NCBI RefSeq assembly: GCF_000007185.1
Contig: NC_003551.1
Location: forward strand, 510,001 to 542,000
Reading direction: 5' to 3'
Length of the DNA stretch: 32,000 bases
DNA from: Methanopyrus kandleri AV19
Lineage (GTDB): Archaea; JAADCQ01; Methanopyri; Methanopyrales; Methanopyraceae
Part shown: positions 1-8,512 of the stretch, one piece after another
How positions within the stretch are numbered: the stretch's first letter is position 1
Layout of the letters: every line of letters begins with the position of its first letter
The notes under the pieces: model-generated
Seen by the model: the letters and a program-made list of their open reading frames with translations, nothing else
Database searches by the model: none
Told to the model about the DNA's origin: nothing
Translations under genes and position numbers: made by a program

Positions 1-690
1 AAGAAGGTGTTACGCGTGTACGACTGCGGGGCTACCCCTGGAACCGCACGGCGAACCCTGGAGTTAGCGGAGAGATTCGAGGGGTTCGTGTTCTCCACGA
101 TCGGGCTCCATCCCCCACGAGCGCCGAGGATGCAGCAGAGCGTCATCGATGACGTGGTCCGAATTATCCGTGAGCACGCCGACAGGATCGCGGCAATTGG
201 AGAGATAGGTCTTGACTACCACTACGTGAAGGAACCCGGAGAGCGCAGGAGGATGCGAGAGGTCTTCGAGAGGTTCCTGAAGCTCGCGGAAGAGCTCGAC
301 AAGCCGGTAGTGATTCACGCCAGGGATGCGGAAGAGCACGCCCTCGAGGTCCTAGAGGACTACGACGTAGTCGCCATGTTCCACTGCTACGACGGACCGG
401 CCGAGCTCGCCCGGCGTATCGCGGACGCCGGCCACTACGTTTCACTGTCGACGATTCACGTCATTCGTGGACCGAAGGATGAGAGAACGCGGGAACTGCT
501 GGAGACTGTACCGTTGGAAGCGGCACTTACGGAGACGGACAGCCCATACCTGTCACCGGTGCGGGGAGAACGCAACGAGCCTCGGAACGTGTGGAGGGTA
601 ATAGAGTTGCTCGCGCGGGTGAAGGGAGTCCCCGTCGGCGAGGTAGTTGAGACCACGGCGCGTAACGCGCTGGAGTTCTACGATCTATGA
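1..690 (+). CDS. TatD-family metal-dependent hydrolase/DNase; the 5' end probably runs off the window
   Basis: The ORF is open from base 1 in the same frame as the 7..690 ORF. It carries the TatD motifs IGEIGLDYHY, VVIHARDAEE, HCYDG and TETDSPYLSP. Confidence 0.85.
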   Translation, partial: KKVLRVYDCGATPGTARRTLELAERFEGFVFSTIGLHPPRAPRMQQSVIDDVVRIIREHADRIAAIGEIGLDYHYVKEPGERRRMREVFERFLKLAEELDKPVVIHARDAEEHALEVLEDYDVVAMFHCYDGPAELARRIADAGHYVSLSTIHVIRGPKDERTRELLETVPLEAALTETDSPYLSPVRGERNEPRNVWRVIELLARVKGVPVGEVVETTARNALEFYDL

Positions 691-698
691 GGAGAAAA

Positions 699-710
699 TT
701 TTAAATATAA
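699..710 (+). promoter_or_regulatory. Archaeal TATA box (TTTTAAATATAA) for the 5S rRNA gene
   Basis: An AT-rich 12-mer in a GC-rich context lies about 20-25 nt upstream of the predicted 5S 5' end. Confidence 0.7.
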
Positions 711-728
711 CCCACCTAGCGTGCGGTT

Positions 729-855
729 GTGGCGGCGGCCACAGCGGCCGGGGCCACACCCGGGCCACATCTCGAACCCGGAAGTTAAGCCCGGCCGCGT
801 CCCGGGTGGTACTGCGCTCCGAGAGGGCGCGGGAAGCCCGGGATGCCGCCGCCGT
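729..855 (+). rRNA. rrf: 5S ribosomal RNA
   Basis: It contains the conserved archaeal 5S core CCACACCCGGxCxCAUxUCGAACCCGGAAGUUAAGCC and GUACUGCGCUCCGAGAGGGCGCGGGAAGCC. Helix I forms between GGCGGCGGC (731-739) and GCCGCCGCC (845-853). The ends are approximate to within a few nt. Confidence 0.9.
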
Positions 856-868
856 CCCCCAAATTGTT

Positions 869-1126
869 ATGAATCTTAAAACGATGGGGGGCGAGCCGTT
901 GAGGAAAACGAACCTGGCCGCGCTGGTCTCCGCCGTAGCGCTCCTTGGCGCGTTGGTGTTGGCCTTCGCCGGCGGTCCTAGGTGGCCCGTCGGGGTGTTA
1001 GCCCTAATAGTAGGTGGGTTAGACGTTATGATCTCGTTCCGGCGCGGCGGGGACAGGGTCCTCGGCCTGATGGGATTTCTACTGTTGATGGTAGGTATAG
1101 CCGTGCTAACGGGCAGGGTGAGATAG
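869..1126 (+). CDS. Small hydrophobic membrane protein (85 aa, 2-3 predicted TM segments), function unknown
   Basis: The ATG at 869 is in frame with ORF 647..1126, and the upstream part of that ORF overlaps the 5S gene and is discarded. The protein is hydrophobic (LAALVSAVALLGALVLAFAGG, VGVLALIVGGL, LGLMGFLLLMVGIAVL). It ends 1 nt before the amzA start. Confidence 0.5.
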   Translation: MNLKTMGGEPLRKTNLAALVSAVALLGALVLAFAGGPRWPVGVLALIVGGLDVMISFRRGGDRVLGLMGFLLLMVGIAVLTGRVR

Positions 1127-1127
1127 T

Positions 1128-1655
1128 TTGAAGTTGTGCCTGGTGGCGTTTGACGGAAGGATCCCCATGCTCAGCAGTATCGTCGATAGGTTCGAGGAAC
1201 ACGTGTCGGAGTACCTAGGCGAGGTTAAGGTGAAAAAGAAACGCGCGAAACTACCCGAGCATGCGTACTCCAAGGTGAGAGGCCAATACCTAGCGAGGGC
1301 CCTCCTCGATACCCTACGTGGCATGAAAGGGGAGTACGACCGCGTTTTAGGGTTGACCTCGGAGGACCTCTACGCTCCGGGACTCAACTTCGTCTTCGGT
1401 CAAGCTCGATGTCCGGGTAGAGAGGCCGTAGTCTCGGTGGCCCGACTGCTGGATCCGGATCCGGAGTTGTACCTGGAGCGTGTCGTGAAGGAGCTCACGC
1501 ACGAGCTCGGACACACCTTCGGGTTGGGCCACTGCCCGGACCGTAACTGCGTGATGAGCTTCTCGAGTTCACTTCTCGAAGTAGACCGCAAATCACCGAA
1601 CTTCTGTCGAAGATGTACCGAATTACTTCAAAGAAACTTGAAACGCGGAGGTTGA
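1128..1655 (+). CDS. amzA: Archaemetzincin (zinc metalloprotease AmzA)
   Basis: It has the archaemetzincin signature HELGHTFGLGHCPDRNCVMSF followed by CRRC (HExxHxxGxxHC...C...CxxC). It starts at TTG, with GGGTGAG upstream. Confidence 0.9.
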   Translation: MKLCLVAFDGRIPMLSSIVDRFEEHVSEYLGEVKVKKKRAKLPEHAYSKVRGQYLARALLDTLRGMKGEYDRVLGLTSEDLYAPGLNFVFGQARCPGREAVVSVARLLDPDPELYLERVVKELTHELGHTFGLGHCPDRNCVMSFSSSLLEVDRKSPNFCRRCTELLQRNLKRGG

Positions 1656-1705
1656 ACGGGGCCGTAGTCGTGACCATCGAGTACGTAGACAAAGTGGGGC
1701 GCAGA

Positions 1706-2170
1706 GTGGTCGTTCGGAGGGCTAAAAGGTCCGACATCCCGGAAGTTGTGGAGATAGAAGAGCGTGCGTTCCCGAAATCACCGTATCCTACGTACGTCTT
1801 CCTCTATAACCTGAGTAACAATCCGGAGGGGTTCCTGGTGGCTGAAGTTGGGGGTAAGGTGGTAGGATACGTCATCTTCGAGCTCCGACCGTGGCTCGGT
1901 GAGGGCCATATAGTCTCGATCGCCGTACATCCCAACTACCGGCGTACCGGAATCGGCACGATCCTCATGGGAGAGGCCGAGCGCAAGATAGCGGAAGCCG
2001 GATACGAAACCGTCAGACTGGAAGTTAGGGAGTCAAACTTTCCGGCCAGACGTTTCTACGAACGACTGGGTTACAGGGAGGAACGTAGAGAACACGGTTA
2101 CTACTCCGACGGAGAGACTGCCATAATCATGGTAAAGAAGCTGAAATCTCCCATCCAGTATCGACAATGA
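1706..2170 (+). CDS. rimI: GNAT N-acetyltransferase, RimI-like (ribosomal-protein-alanine acetyltransferase)
   Basis: GNAT motifs are present: IVSIAVHPNYRRTGIGTILM and ARRFYERLGY. The longest ORF starts at 1613 and overlaps amzA. The GTG at 1706 gives the typical RimI N-terminus (VVRRAKRSDIPEVVEIE), but the start is uncertain (1613, 1670 or 1706). Confidence 0.8.
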   Translation: MVVRRAKRSDIPEVVEIEERAFPKSPYPTYVFLYNLSNNPEGFLVAEVGGKVVGYVIFELRPWLGEGHIVSIAVHPNYRRTGIGTILMGEAERKIAEAGYETVRLEVRESNFPARRFYERLGYREERREHGYYSDGETAIIMVKKLKSPIQYRQ

Positions 2171-2248
2171 CGTCGTCAAGGCTCTTGGGAGCGGGAGTGC
2201 GGAGTTCGGTGGACCAAAACGTTTTAAACATTATAACGATAGGTCATG

Positions 2249-2322
2249 TGGCCCCGCCGGGATTTGAACCCGGGCTACGGGCTCCGCAGGCCCGCGTCCT
2301 ATCCAGGCTAGACTGCGGGGCC
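2249..2322 (-). tRNA. tRNA-Arg (anticodon GCG); no encoded CCA
   Basis: The reverse complement folds as a cloverleaf. The acceptor stem is GGCCCCG/CGGGGCC, the anticodon stem is CGGGC/GCCCG with loop CUGCGGA, the T arm is CCGGG-UUCAAAU-CCCGG, and the discriminator is A. Confidence 0.9.
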
Positions 2323-2348
2323 TGCTCCCTAGCGAGGAACCCCGCCCA

Positions 2349-2360
2349 GTTTAAAAAACC
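2349..2360. promoter_or_regulatory. AT-rich TATA element (GTTTAAAAAACC), possibly bidirectional
   Basis: Read on the minus strand (GGTTTTTTAAAC) it lies about 27 nt upstream of the tRNA-Arg 5' end. Read on the plus strand it lies about 90 nt upstream of the gltB-like start. Confidence 0.55.
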
Positions 2361-2448
2361 TTATGGGGCGGCGCGATCCCGACCGGTGAACGCTAAAGGT
2401 CCCCTCACACGGTCGACACCCTCACCGGTTTGTGGGGGAACCTCTCGG

Positions 2449-3675
2449 TTGTGGTGGCGCGAATACGTGAAAGAGATACAGCGAAAAGCTGAAACGGGCG
2501 AGTACGCGGTCCGTGGGTTCGGGACGAGCCGTAAAGTGCCGCACTTCGACGATTTGGTCATCCTCCCAGCCCAAGTTTCGCGACCTCCGATCGACAAGTA
2601 TCGGGAGCCGTGCAATACCAAGACAGTCCTCGGCGACCGGTTCGCGGAGAAACCACTGAAGTTGGATACCCCGGTGCTGGTTGGTGCCATGTCTTTCGGG
2701 GCGCTCAGCAAGGAGGCAAAGGTCGCGATCGCCCGTGGAACGGCTATGGTAGGAACCGCCACGAACACCGGTGAGGGGGGCATGTTACCGGAGGAACGGG
2801 AAGAAGCGAAGTGGCTCATCGCCCAGTACGCTTCGGGGCGATTCGGAGTCTCAGCGGAGTACTTGAACGCGGCCGACGCTATCGAGATCAAGATCGGACA
2901 GGGCGCCAAGCCCGGTATGGGAGGCCACCTCATGGGAGAGAAGGTGACGAAGGAGATCGCGGAGATAAGAGGTATCCCAAAGGGTTCGGACGCGCTGTCA
3001 CCGGCCCGTCATATGGACATAGTCGGACCCGAAGACCTGAAGATGAAAATCGAGCAGCTTCGGGAGATCACGGACTGGAAGATCCCGATCATCGTGAAGT
3101 ACAGCCCGGGTCGAGTCAAAGAGGATGTGAAGATCGCAGCCAAGGCCGGGGCCGATATTATAGCAATCGATGGAATGCAAGGCGGTACCGGCGCGTCACC
3201 GGAGATCGCGACCGAGAACGCCGGAATACCCACCATCGCCGCGCTAGTTCAGGCTGTGGAGGCCCTGAACGAGATCGGGATGCGGGACGAAGTCGACATA
3301 ATCATCTCGGGTGGCATCCGCGACGGTGCGGACGTCGCCAAGGCGTTAGCTTTGGGCGCCGACGCTGTCTATGTGTGCACCTCGGTCCTGATCGCCATGG
3401 GATGTACGGCATGCGCTCAGTGCCACTCTGGAAGGTGCCCGGTGGGTATCTGCACGCAGGATCCAGAGCTCCGTAAGAAACTGGATGTGGACGAGGCGGC
3501 GGAACGTGTGGCTAACTACCTGAAGGTGGTAACCGAAGAGTGCAAGATGTTGGCCCAGTTAGCCGGTAAGACGGACGTACACAACCTCGAAAAAGAGGAC
3601 CTTAGAGCGCTCTCGGAGGACGTCGCCCGTATTACCGGCGTGAAGATGGCCGGGTCCGACGTCGAGCTGGCCTAG
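2449..3675 (+). CDS. Glutamate synthase large-subunit domain 2-like protein (FMN-binding, GltB family)
   Basis: Motifs include PLKLDTPVLVGAMSFGALS, IKIGQGAKPGMGGHL, GGTGASP and the C-terminal Cys cluster CTACAQCHSGRCPVGICTQD. The ORF 2167..3675 N-terminus overlaps tRNA-Arg on the antisense strand, so I chose an internal TTG at 2449 (GTG at 2467 is an alternative). Confidence 0.85.
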   Translation: MWWREYVKEIQRKAETGEYAVRGFGTSRKVPHFDDLVILPAQVSRPPIDKYREPCNTKTVLGDRFAEKPLKLDTPVLVGAMSFGALSKEAKVAIARGTAMVGTATNTGEGGMLPEEREEAKWLIAQYASGRFGVSAEYLNAADAIEIKIGQGAKPGMGGHLMGEKVTKEIAEIRGIPKGSDALSPARHMDIVGPEDLKMKIEQLREITDWKIPIIVKYSPGRVKEDVKIAAKAGADIIAIDGMQGGTGASPEIATENAGIPTIAALVQAVEALNEIGMRDEVDIIISGGIRDGADVAKALALGADAVYVCTSVLIAMGCTACAQCHSGRCPVGICTQDPELRKKLDVDEAAERVANYLKVVTEECKMLAQLAGKTDVHNLEKEDLRALSEDVARITGVKMAGSDVELA

Positions 3676-3688
3676 GGGCCTCTCCCCG

Positions 3689-4252
3689 TTGATCCTCATA
3701 ATCGACAACCACGGCCAATACGTGCACCTGATCCGCAAGAACTTCGACTACATGGGTGTCCCCGCCGAGATCATCCCCAACACCACCGACCCCGAAGACG
3801 TCCGCGAGCGTGCGAGCGGTGTGGTGATCAGCGGAGGACCATCCCGTGAGCGGGCGGGTAACTCCCGAGAGATCATCGAGGAACTGACGGGAGAGGTACC
3901 TATACTGGGAATCTGCTTGGGTCACCAGCTCATGGCGGAGGTTTTCGGAGGAAAGGTGGACTGGGCCGCGGGCCGTGAAGAATACGCCAGGACCGAGGTG
4001 GAGATACTGGACCATGAAGGCATCTTCGAAGGCTTACCGGATAAGATCGTGGCTTGGGCCTCGCACCGGGACGAGGTGAAGGAAGTCCCAGATGAGTTCG
4101 TCGTCACGGCCCGCTCCGACAGATGCGAGGTAGAGGCGATGCGTCACGAGGAGTTACCATTATACGGGGTCCAGTTCCACCCCGAGCTGAAGTTCACCGA
4201 GTACGGGCCGGATATACTGAAGAACTTCGCGAAACTATGTGGCGAACTGTAA
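3689..4252 (+). CDS. guaA: GMP synthase (glutamine-hydrolysing) subunit A, class I glutamine amidotransferase
   Basis: Triad motifs ILGICLGHQLM and VQFHPE are present. At 187 aa it fits the archaeal split GuaA subunit A. It starts at TTG. Confidence 0.9.
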   Translation: MILIIDNHGQYVHLIRKNFDYMGVPAEIIPNTTDPEDVRERASGVVISGGPSRERAGNSREIIEELTGEVPILGICLGHQLMAEVFGGKVDWAAGREEYARTEVEILDHEGIFEGLPDKIVAWASHRDEVKEVPDEFVVTARSDRCEVEAMRHEELPLYGVQFHPELKFTEYGPDILKNFAKLCGEL

Positions 4253-4254
4253 AG

Positions 4255-5541
4255 ATGGGGGGTAGCACGACGAAGTTCGGGTTCTTCACCCTCGTAGGTT
4301 ACACGGCGTTACTCCTGTCCTTAGGAGCGATCGTCGCGAGACTGTCCGAAGACAGGGGCCTCCCGGACATACCGTTCTTGCTCCTCCTCGGATTCTTGCT
4401 GGGCCCCATCGCCGGGATCGTACGTCCCGAGTACGCCCAGAAGGCGTTTCCGTTCGTGGGTACGCTAGGACTCATCATCATACTGCTCGACGGTGGATTC
4501 GAGATCGGTATCGACGTCCTGCGTCGCGTAGCCTCTCTCGTGGCGAAGTTAGACTCGATAACCCTACTGATAACGGCCGGGATATCCTCTCTGATATTCA
4601 ACCTCGTGTTCGGGCTGAAACCCTTCAGCCCGATAGGGTTCCTGTACGGCTCGATAACGTGTGCTACCGATCCGGCGACGTTGATCCCCGTATTCTCGAA
4701 GGTGGAGTTGCCTATCAACATTTCGACAGCTTTAATAGCCGAAAGCGTGTTCAACGATCCGCTAGGAGTCGTGCTGACCAAGATGTCACTGTCAGTGATG
4801 GGATTAAGCAGCCACCAGAATCCGATCCTGTTGTTCATCTCGTTAGCCGCAGGAGGAGCCGCCCTAGGCTTAGCCACCGGCGTGGTCCTCGAGCGATTGC
4901 TCGCCAGAGAGCCGTTCGGAGAGTATGTGGTACCCATAACCTTAGGAGCAGCCCTAGCGCTCTGGTACATATGCGAGGAGCTACTCCCTGGGTTGCTTGG
5001 ATACGAGCTGAGCGGATTCATGGCGGTGGCAGTACTTGGGATGTACCTGGGCAACAACTTGATCAAGCACGACTATCTGAAGGACGATCGGACGTTCCTC
5101 AAGGACTTCTTCGAAGAACTTTCCACAGTAGTCCGTATCATGGTGTTCACCCTCCTCGGAGCCTGCGTCAGCATTTCGCTGCTGAAGACGTTCTGGCTCA
5201 AGGGACTAGTATGCGCACTGAGCAACGTCTTCATCGCGCGGCCTGCAGGAGTCATCATCGGAACATACATACCACCGAAGGAGGACTTGAACCTGAAAGA
5301 GCGGATTTACCTGGCGCTCGAAGGACCGCGAGGGGTAGTACCGGCGGCTCTGGTAGGCACGATTTACTCCAAGATAGTATCTAACCCGCACGCGGTACCG
5401 GTAGCGATCGCCAGCGAGATGCCACCTAAGACCTTAGCCAGCGCCATTCTAGTGACCACGTTCCTCACGATATTCATCAGCGTGGTTCTCGAAGCTACAT
5501 GGGCTCAACCGCTGGCGAAGCGTCTTCTGAAGGAGGAGTAA
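4255..5541 (+). CDS. nhaP: NhaP-type Na+(K+)/H+ antiporter (CPA1 family)
   Basis: It is a polytopic membrane protein with the CPA1 motifs CATDPATLIPVF and ESVFNDPLGVV (ND motif). The start is set at ATG 4255 (MGGSTTKFGFF), 2 nt after the guaA stop. The longer ORF from 4123 overlaps guaA. Confidence 0.85.
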   Translation: MGGSTTKFGFFTLVGYTALLLSLGAIVARLSEDRGLPDIPFLLLLGFLLGPIAGIVRPEYAQKAFPFVGTLGLIIILLDGGFEIGIDVLRRVASLVAKLDSITLLITAGISSLIFNLVFGLKPFSPIGFLYGSITCATDPATLIPVFSKVELPINISTALIAESVFNDPLGVVLTKMSLSVMGLSSHQNPILLFISLAAGGAALGLATGVVLERLLAREPFGEYVVPITLGAALALWYICEELLPGLLGYELSGFMAVAVLGMYLGNNLIKHDYLKDDRTFLKDFFEELSTVVRIMVFTLLGACVSISLLKTFWLKGLVCALSNVFIARPAGVIIGTYIPPKEDLNLKERIYLALEGPRGVVPAALVGTIYSKIVSNPHAVPVAIASEMPPKTLASAILVTTFLTIFISVVLEATWAQPLAKRLLKEE

Positions 5542-5542
5542 C

Positions 5543-5600
5543 CCTCCGTCTGAGGAAAACTCGTCATCGCTCGGCAGGGGAGTGACTCTTCATCGGGGGA
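5543..5600 (-). ncRNA. Candidate C/D box sRNA with variant D boxes
   Basis: On the minus strand the order is CCGAUGA (5596-5590), 12 nt, CUGC (5577-5574), 4 nt, CGAUGA (5569-5564), 11 nt, CAGA (5552-5549). The spacing fits the C / 12 / D' / C' / 12 / D architecture, but both D-type boxes are non-canonical. Confidence 0.3.
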
Positions 5601-5606
5601 AAAACT

Positions 5607-6128
5607 TTGCCCGTCGAGAAGCACGTCGAACGAGCCCCGAAGCGACTAGCCATCGCCGTAATCACCGTCAGTACGTCCAAATTCGAGGAAGCGGCGCGCG
5701 GCGAAGAACCCGAGGACACTTCCGGAGATATCCTTGAATCACGGTTCGAGCAGGCGGGCCATGAGACGCGCTACCGAGTGCTGATACCCGACCAGAGGGA
5801 AATGGTGGCCGGAGCTGTCAAGTGGACCGCCAATCGCGTGGACGCTGTCGTGACGACGGGAGGTACCGGACTCACTCCGACAGACGTGACGATCGAAGCC
5901 GTAGGTGAGATCGCGGAAAAGCAGGTGCCTGGCTTCGGAGAACTGTTCCGGAGGAAATCCGAAGAAGACGTCGGCGCTCACTCGATCTTGAGTCGGGCCG
6001 AGATGTTCGTCGTCGACGGCACACCGGTGGCGTGTCTACCGGGGTCGCCGAACGCGGTGAAGTTAGGAGCGGAACTCCTCATCGAGGTGTTACCGCATGT
6101 TGTCGTTCATAGCCGCGGCGACGTTTAG
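5607..6128 (+). CDS. moaB: Molybdenum cofactor biosynthesis protein B (MoaB/MogA family)
   Basis: Motifs TTGGTGLTPTDVT, PGFGELFR and LPGSPNAV are present. It starts at TTG. Confidence 0.9.
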   Translation: MPVEKHVERAPKRLAIAVITVSTSKFEEAARGEEPEDTSGDILESRFEQAGHETRYRVLIPDQREMVAGAVKWTANRVDAVVTTGGTGLTPTDVTIEAVGEIAEKQVPGFGELFRRKSEEDVGAHSILSRAEMFVVDGTPVACLPGSPNAVKLGAELLIEVLPHVVVHSRGDV

Positions 6129-6135
6129 GGGGAAC

Positions 6136-6585
6136 TTACTCCTTCTCTTTGATGATTTTCTCCACCACCCTAACGTTCTCGATGCGGGTGTGTGGGTACT
6201 GCCCCTCTTCGTCCTTCTCAGCGTACTTAACCATGTCCCAGAGCGTGACTAATCCGACCACTAACCCGGTGAGAGCGTCCATTTCGACACCCGTCTTCCC
6301 CTCGGACTTAACTCGTACCGACATCTTCACGCCGTCCTCGAGGACCTCGACGTCGACATCGACGCCAGTGATCTTGATAGGATGACAGTGGGGAACTAAC
6401 TCCGGCGTCTTCTTCACGGCGAGTATGGCGGCTACCTTGGCAACCTCGATAGGATCGCCCTTACCCTGTGGGTGAGATTCACCCGATTTCACCGCGTTCA
6501 CACCGTCCTCGGTCAGCCTGAGGAACCCGCTAGCTTCGGCAATGCGGATCTCCTCTTTCTTCCCGGTGACGTCAACCATCGACAT
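6136..6585 (-). CDS. moaC: Cyclic pyranopterin monophosphate synthase accessory protein MoaC
   Basis: MoaC motifs are present: MVDVTGK, KGDPIEVAKVAAILAVKKT, CHPI and GVEMDALTG. The start is set at ATG 6585, preceded by GGGGGA. GTG at 6606 is the longest alternative. Confidence 0.9.
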   Translation of the reverse strand: MSMVDVTGKKEEIRIAEASGFLRLTEDGVNAVKSGESHPQGKGDPIEVAKVAAILAVKKTPELVPHCHPIKITGVDVDVEVLEDGVKMSVRVKSEGKTGVEMDALTGLVVGLVTLWDMVKYAEKDEEGQYPHTRIENVRVVEKIIKEKE

Positions 6586-6602
6586 CCGTCTTCCCCCAGC
6601 GG

Positions 6603-6661
6603 TCACTCCTAAAGGGGCTCATCACCCACAAGTGGTCGGTACTGCGGGACCCGTTCATCCC
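6603..6661 (-). ncRNA. Candidate C/D box-like sRNA between the 16S 3' end and moaC
   Basis: On the minus strand the order is GGGAUGA (6661-6655), 12 nt, GUAC, 13 nt, GUGAUGA, 12 nt, GUGA (6606-6603). The two box C-type motifs are good, the D-type boxes are degenerate, and there is no terminal stem. Confidence 0.25.
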
Positions 6662-6728
6662 ACCTCGCGTATTGTTACGAAATCCATAACAATATGAGGA
6701 AAGGCGGGAAGTCATCGCCCCCGCGCAA

Positions 6729-6761
6729 GCCCGCCCTCCGGGGCTTTCGTTACCCCGCCGC
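6729..6761 (-). other. 3' half of the 16S rRNA processing stem
   Basis: Bases 6729-6744 are perfectly complementary to 8336-8351 (16 bp) and 6753-6761 to 8319-8327 (9 bp). An 8 x 8 nt internal loop separates the two helices. This is the usual position of the archaeal pre-rRNA bulge-helix-bulge processing site. Confidence 0.8.
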
Positions 6762-6776
6762 ATCATCCCCGCCGCT

Positions 6777-8289
<1,513 letters not shown>

Positions 8290-8318
8290 TAAGTGACGGC
8301 CGCAAGGATTTCGGGTCC

Positions 8319-8351
8319 GCGGCGGGGCTCTCACGGCCCCGGAGGGCGGGC
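8319..8351 (-). other. 5' half of the 16S rRNA processing stem
   Basis: It is complementary to 6729-6761, as described for the 3' half. Confidence 0.8.
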
Positions 8352-8450
8352 TTGCGTCGACCCCGGGGCCCCTGGGGTATGTTCCCCCAGGGGGTTGCCC
8401 GGGGTCCCATCGGGGGCTCCTTCCCGCGGCCATCCCCCTCTGGAACGTGG

Positions 8451-8463
8451 TTATATATTAAAC
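8451..8463. promoter_or_regulatory. Near-palindromic TATA element (TTATATATTAAAC / GTTTAATATATAA), probable 16S promoter, possibly bidirectional
   Basis: This is the only AT-rich island in the 16S upstream region. On the minus strand it would start transcription about 135 nt upstream of the mature 16S 5' end. On the plus strand it lies about 50 nt upstream of the LAGLIDADG ORF ATG at 8513. Confidence 0.65.
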
Positions 8464-8512
8464 TTTCGGGCTTCTCGGATCGCAGACGTGGACCTCTATC
8501 CGGTTAAAGAGA

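Noticed and set aside
647-868. The N-terminal part of ORF 647..1126.
   Set aside because: It overlaps the 5S rRNA gene and its promoter. Only the hydrophobic C-terminal 85 codons look like a gene.
2167-2448. The N-terminal 94 codons of the 502-aa ORF 2167..3675.
   Set aside because: This stretch runs antisense through tRNA-Arg and its promoter and has no GltB-like sequence. The real CDS most likely begins at TTG 2449 or GTG 2467.
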